Source: an uncultured bacterium (GTDB lineage Bacteria; Lernaellota; Lernaellaia; Lernaellales; Lernaellaceae). From it: a DNA stretch of 11,439 bases. Position numbers and translations under genes: made by a program. This document shows, piece by piece, positions 1-6,715 of the stretch (position 1 is the first letter of the stretch; each line of letters opens with the position of its first letter). The stretch spans positions 1 through 11,439 of the forward strand of contig CAZHPN010000187.1 of assembly GCA_964534375.1 (NCBI GenBank). Reading direction: 5' to 3'. The notes beneath the pieces were generated by a model. It was not told the DNA's origin. It saw only the letters and a list, made by a program, of their open reading frames with translations, and made no database searches.

Positions 1-614
1 ATGCGCGCGTTGCCGTAGATGTCGGCCTCGTGCACGTGGATGATCGCCACGTCCGGGTACAGCGCCGGGAAAAGCGCGAACGGTTTGCCGGTGAAAGGGC
101 ACTCGGCCAATTTCGCGCCGGAATATTTGAACGTGTCCGAACCGAGCATCGAACGGCCCGGGATGAACGGCACGCCGAGCGCCGCGGCCTGATAGCGCCA
201 ATAGAGGCCGGCGTTGGTCCATTCGCAAATCTTCACCTTGCCGCTCTCGAAGTAGCGGCGCGACGCCGGCGACAGCCCGCGCGCTTCCAGGCCGATGACG
301 TACGCGATGTCGCAGCGGTCGAAGCATTCGCCGGCGGCGAGGATCTGGTTGTCGTGGGTCGCGGTGTGGCCCGAAAACCCCAGCTTTTTTCGGCCCTGCC
401 GCAGGATTTCGTGCAGCAGCGCCGTGGGGATGCGCACCCCGCCGAAGCCGCCGACGGCGAGGTAGTCGCCGTCGTGCACGAAGCGCCGCACGGCCTCGCG
501 CACGGTCATCAGTTTGTTGGTCAGCGCCCGGTTTTTCTTGCGAAAATGCTCACGGGCATGGTCGGGATCGGGGTCGGTGAAAATTTCCCCGAGCCCTTCT
601 TGCAGCACATTCAT
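1..614 (-). CDS. CoA-transferase subunit A, glutaconate CoA-transferase GctA-like (partial; 3' end beyond the left window edge)
   Basis: Manual translation from ATG at 614, with SD GGAGG at 624-620: MNVLQEGLGEIFTDPDPDHAREHFRKKNRALTNKLMTVREAVRRFVHDGDYLAVGGFGGVRIPTALLHEILRQG...AAALGVPFIPGRSMLGSD...CPFTGKPFALFPALYPDVAIIHVHEADIYGNAR. The motifs KLM...EAV..FV.DGD...GGF, GVPFIP..S.LGSD, CPFTG and PAL.PDVA.IH...AD.YGN match GctA-family alpha subunits. The frame is open to position 1. Confidence 0.88.
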   Translation of the reverse strand, partial: MNVLQEGLGEIFTDPDPDHAREHFRKKNRALTNKLMTVREAVRRFVHDGDYLAVGGFGGVRIPTALLHEILRQGRKKLGFSGHTATHDNQILAAGECFDRCDIAYVIGLEARGLSPASRRYFESGKVKICEWTNAGLYWRYQAAALGVPFIPGRSMLGSDTFKYSGAKLAECPFTGKPFALFPALYPDVAIIHVHEADIYGNAR

Positions 615-699
615 CGAATCCTCCGGGGCGATCGGGATCGTCCTCGACGCTCAATGTTGCGGGTTTTTGCGAGCATCAAATAAGGCTGCACCTGGAGCT

Positions 700-728
700 T
701 TATTACAAGCCCAAGCGCGGCCTGTCAA
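700..728 (-). promoter_or_regulatory. Putative sigma70 promoter for the CoA-transferase gene
   Basis: Perfect TTGACA (728-723), 17-bp spacer, TAATAA (705-700) on the minus strand in the 127-bp spacer. The -10 element is a weak match. Confidence 0.45.
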
Positions 729-741
729 GCAGCTTCGGCGG

Positions 742-1803
742 CTAGGCGGCGGCGATCGCCGCGAGCGCCGTGTCGTCCAGAATCTTGACGGCGAACACGA
801 GCATGCGGAAACGTTCGTCCTTCGTCTGGCCGTGGAAAAAGCGGTAGTAAATCTGCTGGGCGATGACGCCCAGGCGGAACAGGCCGAAGACGAAATAGAA
901 CTCGAATCGATCCACGCGGCGGCCGGTTTTTTCGGCGTAGCGCGCGACGAGTTCGCGGCGGGTGAGCATGCCCTCGAGGTTGGTCGGCAAGCGGCGCATC
1001 ATCTGCAGCGGCTCGGGATCGCCGCGCTCGACCCAATAGCCGAGCGAGCAGCCGAGATCCATCAGCGGGTCGCCGATCGTCGCCATTTCCCAGTCGAGAA
1101 CGCCGACGATGCGCAGGCCGTTTTGCGGATCGAGAATCAGGTTGTCGAATTTGTAATCGTTGTGGATGACGGTCGGCTGCGCGCTGTCGGGCGGCATGTT
1201 CGCGGCGAGCCAACGCATGACCTGCTCGCAATCGGGCGCGTCGGGCGTGCGGGCCGCGCGATAGCGCTGGCTCCAACCCTCGACCTGCCGGCGCACATAG
1301 CCCTCGGGCTTGCCGAAATCGCCCAGGCCGATCGCGCGGTAGTCGATGGCGTGCAGTTCGACCCAAACATCGATCATATTTTCGCACAGCCGGCGCGCGT
1401 CGGCGGGCGAGAGCGTCAGGCCCTTGGGAAAATTCGTGCGCGGAATTACGCCCGGAATGCGGTCCATCACGTAAAACGAACAGCCCATCGTCGCCGGGTC
1501 TTCGGAATAAACCAGCGGCGTCGGGCAGTATGGGAAAACGGGTTTGAGCGCGCTCAAAATGCGATATTCGCGGTGCATGTCGTGCGCGGTTTTCGCCTTC
1601 GTGCCGTGCGGCGGCCGGCGCAGGATGAGTTCCCGGGCGCCGACCTTGATCAGATAGGTGAGGTTCGAAAAGCCGCTCGGGAATTGTTCAATTGCGATTT
1701 CGCCGTCGATGCCGGGCAGGGCGTTCCTGAAAAACGCCGCGAGCTTCGCCGCATCGAGTTCTTCGCCGGCGCGGACCGCCTTGGGCTGGTCAAGAATAGT
1801 CAT
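742..1803 (-). CDS. APH-family phosphotransferase (ACAD10/11 kinase-domain-like, LvaA-like), 353 aa
   Basis: Start MTILDQPKAVR at 1803 after SD AAGAGGT. Motifs QFPSGFSNLTY, LILRRPP, AHDMHREY, FYVM, Brenner catalytic loop HNDYKFDN, and VLDWEMATIGDPLMDLG. Confidence 0.92.
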   Translation of the reverse strand: MTILDQPKAVRAGEELDAAKLAAFFRNALPGIDGEIAIEQFPSGFSNLTYLIKVGARELILRRPPHGTKAKTAHDMHREYRILSALKPVFPYCPTPLVYSEDPATMGCSFYVMDRIPGVIPRTNFPKGLTLSPADARRLCENMIDVWVELHAIDYRAIGLGDFGKPEGYVRRQVEGWSQRYRAARTPDAPDCEQVMRWLAANMPPDSAQPTVIHNDYKFDNLILDPQNGLRIVGVLDWEMATIGDPLMDLGCSLGYWVERGDPEPLQMMRRLPTNLEGMLTRRELVARYAEKTGRRVDRFEFYFVFGLFRLGVIAQQIYYRFFHGQTKDERFRMLVFAVKILDDTALAAIAAA

Positions 1804-1835
1804 GATCGCAACCTCTTTTAACAAGAAACAACCGG

Positions 1836-1891
1836 ATAGGACTTATAGGACCTATGGGACCAATAAGCGCGACCCCGGACCCCGGCCCCCA
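1836..1891. repeat. Short intergenic tandem repeats: three 9-mers followed by 7-mers
   Basis: ATAGGACTT-ATAGGACCT-ATGGGACCA (1836-1862), then GACCCCG-GACCCCG-GCCCCCA (1871-1891). Confidence 0.75.
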
Positions 1892-3100
1892 CTACCTAAC
1901 CTTCTTGTTTTCGTACCGCTTCGCCGTCCGTTTGCCGAAAGAAATCTTGTGCACCTCGTCGGCGCCGTCGTAGATGCGCGCGGCGCGTTCGTGCCGGTAG
2001 AAAAAGGCGAGGATGACGTCGTCGGTCATGCCCAAGCCGCCGTGCGCCTGCAACGCGCGATCGACCACGTGCTGCATGGCGTTGGCCACGACGAATTTGA
2101 TCAGCGCGATTTCGTCGCGCGCCTGCTTGGCGCCGACGTTTTCGATTTTCCAGGCGGCATGCAGCGTCATCAGCCGCGCCGCCTGAATTTCGGCCGCGCA
2201 TTCCGCGATCCAGGTTCGAATGATGTCTTTCGACGCCAGCCGCTCGCCGTTCATTTCGATCACGCGTTCGTTGGCGCGTTTGCACAGCAGATCGAAGGCG
2301 CGGCGGCAGATGCCCAGCCAGCGCATGCAATGGTGAATGCGTCCCGGCCCGAGGCGATCCTGCGCAATCGCGAAGCCGAAGCCCTCGCCGCCGAGCAGAT
2401 TCGCCTTCGGAACGCGGCACGATTGGAAGAGAACCTCGCCGTGGCTGAAATAATCGCTGCCGGCGTGTCCCATCACGGGGATATTGCGCACGAGGTTGTA
2501 TCCCGGCGCGTCGGTCGGCACGATGATCATGCTCGCCCGCAAATGCGGCGGCGCGCTCGGATGGGTGACCGCCATCGTAATCGCAAATTTCGCGCCGTCG
2601 GCGCCGGTCGTGTACCACTTATGGCCGTTGATGACGTAATCGTCGCCGTCTTTCACGGCCGTGGTTTCCAGCATCACGGGGTTCGAACCGGGCATGTCGA
2701 CTTCGGTCATCGCGAAGCAACTGCGCGCTGTCCCTTCGACGAGCGGCCGCAGATATTGTTCTTTTTGCCCGGGCGTGCCGTACAAGTGCAGAATCTCGAT
2801 GTTGCCCGCGTCGGGCGCCTGGCAGTTGAATACGTAATGGCCGAGCGGCGTGCGCCCGAGCGACTCCGACACCAGGCCGTGGTCGACGAGGCCGAGCCCG
2901 AGGCCGCCGTACTCGCGCGGATGGTTGGGCGCCCAAAGCTCCATTTGCTTGACCAGCCGCCGTTTTTCTTCGAGCACGGGCAGCATCTCGCGAAAGTCGC
3001 GCGTCGCGAACTCGGGTTCGAGCGGAATCAGTTCCCGGTCCACGAATTCGTCGATCAAGCCGAGCATCGCCTGCATTTTCGCCGAAATCGAGAAATCCAT
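1892..3100 (-). CDS. Acyl-CoA dehydrogenase family protein, ACAD10/ACAD11 (LvaC-like) subgroup, 402 aa
   Basis: Likely start MDFSISAKMQ at 3100 with SD GGAGG at 3110-3106; the track ORF is over-extended to 3442. Motifs FNCQAPDAGNIEILH, SCFAMTE, INGHKWYTTGA, AQDRLGPGRIHHCMR, QAHGGLG and RIYDGADEVH. Confidence 0.93.
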   Translation of the reverse strand: MDFSISAKMQAMLGLIDEFVDRELIPLEPEFATRDFREMLPVLEEKRRLVKQMELWAPNHPREYGGLGLGLVDHGLVSESLGRTPLGHYVFNCQAPDAGNIEILHLYGTPGQKEQYLRPLVEGTARSCFAMTEVDMPGSNPVMLETTAVKDGDDYVINGHKWYTTGADGAKFAITMAVTHPSAPPHLRASMIIVPTDAPGYNLVRNIPVMGHAGSDYFSHGEVLFQSCRVPKANLLGGEGFGFAIAQDRLGPGRIHHCMRWLGICRRAFDLLCKRANERVIEMNGERLASKDIIRTWIAECAAEIQAARLMTLHAAWKIENVGAKQARDEIALIKFVVANAMQHVVDRALQAHGGLGMTDDVILAFFYRHERAARIYDGADEVHKISFGKRTAKRYENKKVR

Positions 3101-3117
3101 CGCCGCCTCCGCAAAGA

Positions 3118-3828
3118 TCACAAATAGGTCAGCAACGCCGGATCGTTTTCCAGTTCCAGGTGCGGCGTCGAATTGAAGGAGAACAGCCGCAGACGGCCGT
3201 CGTCGTCGCCGAACACGCTGCACGAAGCATTGCGAATATGCCAGATCAGCCCGATCGCCGATTCGTCGGACAACGCGAGCGCTTGCTGCATCGTCACGAC
3301 CAGCGGGCCGCCGGAAACGAATAGCGCGATTTTTGCGCCGGGCGTGTTTTCCGACGCGACGCGCGCCAGCCCGGCGTGCACGCGCGCGACGAACTCCCGC
3401 CAGGTCTCGACCTCGGGCGAAGCGTGTTTGCCGGATATCCACCGCAGCAGCGCCGCTTCGAGCACGCGCCGAAACGCCCGGCGGTCGCCGGCCGCGGCGG
3501 AGACGGAATTCGCCGAAAAATTACGATCATCGGCGGCGATCGCCGCCATTTGCGTGCGAATCACCGCGGCGCTGTCGTATTCGTTGAATTCCGGCGCAAT
3601 ACGCAACGGCGGCGGCGCGGCGCGCGCGGCCAAGCGTTCGCGCACCATTTCGGCGGTCGCGGTCTGGCGGGCCATCGCGCCGGCGTAGATCGCGTCGAAT
3701 GCGCGGCCGACACGCACGAAATAGTCGCCGAGCAGGCGCGCCTGGCGGACGCCAAGATCGGAAAGCCGGTCGTAGGTCGGGCCGTTGAACGACGCCTGGC
3801 CGTGGCGGACCAACGTGATCACTGTCAT
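3118..3828 (-). CDS. Histidine phosphatase (phosphoglycerate-mutase-like) family protein, 236 aa
   Basis: Start MTVITLVRHGQAS at 3828 after SD AGGAG. RHG catalytic motif, then LSDLG..QA, RQTATA, FNEYD, ETW.EF..RV, N.S.S.F and L.SFN..PHL. Confidence 0.9.
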   Translation of the reverse strand: MTVITLVRHGQASFNGPTYDRLSDLGVRQARLLGDYFVRVGRAFDAIYAGAMARQTATAEMVRERLAARAAPPPLRIAPEFNEYDSAAVIRTQMAAIAADDRNFSANSVSAAAGDRRAFRRVLEAALLRWISGKHASPEVETWREFVARVHAGLARVASENTPGAKIALFVSGGPLVVTMQQALALSDESAIGLIWHIRNASCSVFGDDDGRLRLFSFNSTPHLELENDPALLTYL

Positions 3829-3853
3829 GGCGATGCGCTCCTGTCGGGCGGCC

Positions 3854-3882
3854 ATCTTTTCAGCCGGGGCAGCTCATGTCAA
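3854..3882 (-). promoter_or_regulatory. Putative sigma70 promoter for the phosphatase-ACAD-kinase operon
   Basis: TTGACA (3882-3877), 17-bp spacer ending in TGA, then AAAGAT (3859-3854): a weak -10 with an extended TGn motif. Confidence 0.5.
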
Positions 3883-3899
3883 CCAAATCCGGCCGCGCA

Positions 3900-3928
3900 T
3901 TGCGCCGCCGGTGCAAGACCGGTAATTT
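3900..3928 (+). promoter_or_regulatory. Putative sigma70 promoter for etfBA
   Basis: TTGCGC (3900-3905), 17 bp, TAATTT (3923-3928). It sits back-to-back with the leftward promoter. Confidence 0.5.
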
Positions 3929-3962
3929 GAAACGCCGCCGGCAATTCAAGGGGACGAACCGC

Positions 3963-4736
3963 GTGAAAATCCTGGTCTGCGCCAAGCAAACGCTCGACCC
4001 GGAGGCGCCGTTGCGCTTCACGGACGGCGCTCTGGCGCTGCCGCCCGACGATGCCGATTATTTTCGGCTGAACCCCTGCGACGCGCAGGCGATGGAAACC
4101 GCCCTGACGTTCCGCGAGGCCGGCGGCGGCGAGGTCGATGTCGTCTCCGTCGGCCCGCCGCGCGCGGCCCGCGCGATTCGGCGCGCCTGGGCCATGGGCG
4201 CGGATCGCGGCTTTCACCTGCTCACCGCGGCCGACGAATTCGACCCGCTGGCGGTCGCGTCGTGGCTCGCCGCCTGGGCGCGCGGCCGGGCGTACGATCT
4301 CATTTTGACGGGCGCGATGTCGGAAGACGCGATGCGGGGCGTGGTCGGGCCGGCGCTTGCGGCGCAGCTCGGCTGGCCGTGCGCGACGTTCGCGGTCGAG
4401 GCGAAAGCGTCGTCCGCGGGGGACGCGGTCGTCGTCGAACGCGAGATCGAAGGCGGTTTCCGCGACGCGCTGGAACTGCGCTTGCCGGCCGTGCTGACGA
4501 TTCAGACCGGGCCGCGTCCGCCACGGTATCCGACGCTGACCGCTCTGCTGCGCGCGAACCAGACGCCGCTCGCGGTCATCGACGCCGCGACGTTGCCGCG
4601 CCCGGCCCGCCGGCAAAGCGTGGCGCGGTGGGCCTCGGCGACGAAGACCCGCGCCGGATTGACCTTGACCGGAACGACGGCCGAAAAGGCCGAGCGCCTG
4701 CGCCGAATCCTGACGGAAAGGGGGCTGCTTGTCTGA
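3963..4736 (+). CDS. etfB: Electron transfer flavoprotein subunit beta (EtfB/FixA family), 257 aa
   Basis: GTG start at 3963 after SD AAGGGGA: MKILVCAKQTLDPE, LNPCD..A.E.AL, V.VVSVGP, AMGADRG, YDLILTG, VEREIEGG, LPAVLT and PRYPTL. Confidence 0.92.
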   Translation: MKILVCAKQTLDPEAPLRFTDGALALPPDDADYFRLNPCDAQAMETALTFREAGGGEVDVVSVGPPRAARAIRRAWAMGADRGFHLLTAADEFDPLAVASWLAAWARGRAYDLILTGAMSEDAMRGVVGPALAAQLGWPCATFAVEAKASSAGDAVVVEREIEGGFRDALELRLPAVLTIQTGPRPPRYPTLTALLRANQTPLAVIDAATLPRPARRQSVARWASATKTRAGLTLTGTTAEKAERLRRILTERGLLV

Positions 4737-5718
4737 CGCCGGCGCCGAGACGATCGCGGTCGTCGCCGAACATTTTGACGGCAAGCTGCGGCCGATCACG
4801 TGGGAACTGCTCGGCGCCGCGCGCGAACTGCAAACGCGGCTTCCGGCGACCGTGATCGCTGTTGTCGTGGGCGGCGACGCCATCGGCCTCGCGGCGGAAC
4901 TGGCGCCGGCTGCCGACGAAACGCTGGCCATCGAAACGCCGAACGCGGTTTCGTACAACGGCGAGGTCTGCGGCGCCGTGCTCGCGGAGGCGCTCGCCGA
5001 GCGGCCGGCCGCGTTCGTGCTCGTGGCGAACACGACGCAAGGTTTGGATTTCGCGCCCGCGCTGGCGGTGCGCCTGGGCGCCGCGTGCGTCACGGCGGTC
5101 GAAGGGTTCGCGTTCGAAGACAACGGCATCTTGTTTCGCCGTGCCGCGCACGGCGGCAAGGTGGTGGCCGTGATCCGCGCCGAGGCGCCGGCGGTGCTCG
5201 CCGTTCAGCCGGGGGCTTTTCGGCGCCCGGATCCGTCCGCGAACGGCGCGGGCGCGATGACCGTTGTCCGCCGGCTCGCGGCGCCGGCCCGAACGCGGAA
5301 CCTCGGCGTCAAACGCGCGCTCGCCGCTGACGGAGAATTGGCGAACGCCGAGGTCGTCGTCGCGGCCGGGCGGGGCGTGAAAAAACGGGAAGACTTGGCG
5401 CTCGTGCGCGAGACGGCGGCGCTTTTTTCCCGAGCCGCCGTGGCGGGGTCGCGGCCGCTTTGCGACGCGGGCTGGTTGCCGTACCAGCGGCAGGTCGGCG
5501 CGACCGGCGCGACCGTGGCGCCGAAGTTTTATCTGGCCTGCGGGATTTCGGGCGCGGCGCAGCACGTCGTCGGCATGCGCGGCGCCGGATTCGTGGCGGC
5601 GGTCAACCGCGACCCGCACGCCGCCATTTTCAACGTGGCCGACGTGTGCGTGGTCGACGATCTTGCCGTGTTTCTGCCGTTGTTCATCGCCGCTTGCCGG
5701 GGCGCGGGAAAATCCTGA
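4729..5718 (+). CDS. etfA: Electron transfer flavoprotein subunit alpha (EtfA/FixB family), 329 aa
   Basis: TTG start overlapping the etfB end by 8 nt. FAD-domain motifs LANAEVVVAAGRG, GSRPLCDAGW, QVGATG.TVAPK.Y.ACGISGA.QH..GM and AVNRDPHAAIF. Confidence 0.93.
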   Translation: MSDAGAETIAVVAEHFDGKLRPITWELLGAARELQTRLPATVIAVVVGGDAIGLAAELAPAADETLAIETPNAVSYNGEVCGAVLAEALAERPAAFVLVANTTQGLDFAPALAVRLGAACVTAVEGFAFEDNGILFRRAAHGGKVVAVIRAEAPAVLAVQPGAFRRPDPSANGAGAMTVVRRLAAPARTRNLGVKRALAADGELANAEVVVAAGRGVKKREDLALVRETAALFSRAAVAGSRPLCDAGWLPYQRQVGATGATVAPKFYLACGISGAAQHVVGMRGAGFVAAVNRDPHAAIFNVADVCVVDDLAVFLPLFIAACRGAGKS

Positions 5719-5724
5719 GCCGCG

Positions 5725-6504
5725 CTACTTCCGTTCGTCCGCGCCGGACGCCAATTTTTTCAAGGTGAAATCGTCGTCGGACCAGGCGGGGTCGACCGCG
5801 AACGAGCCCAATTTGTACGACGCGTAGAGCCGATCTTCGAAATCGAAGGACTCGATCCACAACGGCAGACCGGTTTCTTCGTCGAATCCCAGCACGCTCC
5901 GGCGGTAGGGCAAGCCGTCGGCCTTGTTGTCGGAATAGCCGACCTGGAAGATCCGCAGGCGGCGGCCGGCGAGAGAAGTCGAGTCCACGCCCGCGGCGGC
6001 GACTTGCATCTTTCCCGACGCCTTGCCTTTCGCGACCGCGGTCTGGATCTGGCTCAGCGTGAACCCAAGATGATAATCGTTGATCCGGTGCTGGTGCGGA
6101 TACAGTTTGTCGATGATCGTCGCATCCAGCGCCAAGCGTTCCACGCCGGCGAGGCCGGCGAAACCGGTCGGGAGCGCCGACAAGTTCTTGGCGCCGTCGC
6201 GGTCCGGCACATAGGAAGTTTGCAGGCCGGCGTAGGCGCCGCCAGGCAGCCACCGGCAGTACAATTTCGTCGGCGACTTGACGTACAGCGAGCGGATTTT
6301 CTCGGCCGGCAGCAGCTTGCCGCGGACCCGCTCCTGGAGCGTGACGACGGCGGCGTAGGCGTGCAATTTGTCATACGCCTGTGTGGCGCGCGCCAGGCAG
6401 CGGTCGAGTTCGGCGGCGGCTTCGGCGGAGGGCGCGACAGTCTCGGCGGCGGCGACCGCCGTCGCAACGGCAAGCAGAGCGGCAAGTGCGAGCCAGGTCT
6501 TCAT
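5725..6504 (-). CDS. Secreted or periplasmic protein, probably DUF1571 family, 259 aa
   Basis: Sec signal peptide MKTWLALAALLAVATAVAAA and SD GAGAGGA. The pattern Y.A....QERV.GKL.P.E.I......P.KLY.RWL.G...G and C-terminal D.ETGLP..IE.FD.....YASY...F.VDP..SDDDF resemble DUF1571 proteins as I remember them. Confidence 0.7.
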   Translation of the reverse strand: MKTWLALAALLAVATAVAAAETVAPSAEAAAELDRCLARATQAYDKLHAYAAVVTLQERVRGKLLPAEKIRSLYVKSPTKLYCRWLPGGAYAGLQTSYVPDRDGAKNLSALPTGFAGLAGVERLALDATIIDKLYPHQHRINDYHLGFTLSQIQTAVAKGKASGKMQVAAAGVDSTSLAGRRLRIFQVGYSDNKADGLPYRRSVLGFDEETGLPLWIESFDFEDRLYASYKLGSFAVDPAWSDDDFTLKKLASGADERK

Positions 6505-6559
6505 GGGACAATCCTCTCACGCCATTCGGCGGGAGCGCAAAACCAAGATGATCGGCGTG

Positions 6560-6588
6560 AGAATAACTCGTTCGCCAACTCGTGACAA
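6560..6588 (-). promoter_or_regulatory. Putative sigma70 promoter for the DUF1571-like gene
   Basis: TTGTCA (6588-6583), 17 bp, TATTCT (6565-6560) on the minus strand. Confidence 0.6.
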
Positions 6589-6686
6589 ATCCGGTTATCG
6601 CGCCGCCCGTGATGCCGCATTGGCCCGGCGCCCCGGGTCCGTTCGGGAAATCGGACGGTGCAGTGGGGAATTAACTCAAATTTGTT

Positions 6687-6715
6687 TTGCGTTCGCGCGC
6701 CCAGCATGCTATGCT
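6687..6715 (+). promoter_or_regulatory. Putative sigma70 promoter (extended -10) for the gspE/gspF-like operon
   Basis: TTGCGT (6687-6692), 17 bp, TGC-TATGCT (-10 at 6710-6715), with an AT-rich UP-element-like tract AATTAACTCAAATTTGTT immediately upstream. Confidence 0.65.

Noticed and set aside
742..1803. Aminoglycoside resistance gene
   Set aside because: APH fold only. Its length, motifs and ACAD context match metabolic acyl-CoA kinases, not resistance APHs.
30..3127. Long plus-strand ORFs 30..683, 514..1821 and 1658..3127
   Set aside because: Antisense shadows of the CoA-transferase, kinase and ACAD genes. They have no recognisable motifs and are expected from GC-rich codon bias.
3101..3442. 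114-aa N-terminal extension of the ACAD ORF in the track (516 aa)
   Set aside because: It overlaps the phosphatase gene in another frame. A strong SD and the family-typical MDF start support ATG at 3100, so there is no evidence for a fusion or frameshift.
3879..5619. Minus-strand ORFs 3879..5159 and 4576..5619
   Set aside because: Antisense to etfBA, Arg/Ala/Ser-rich and without domain signatures.
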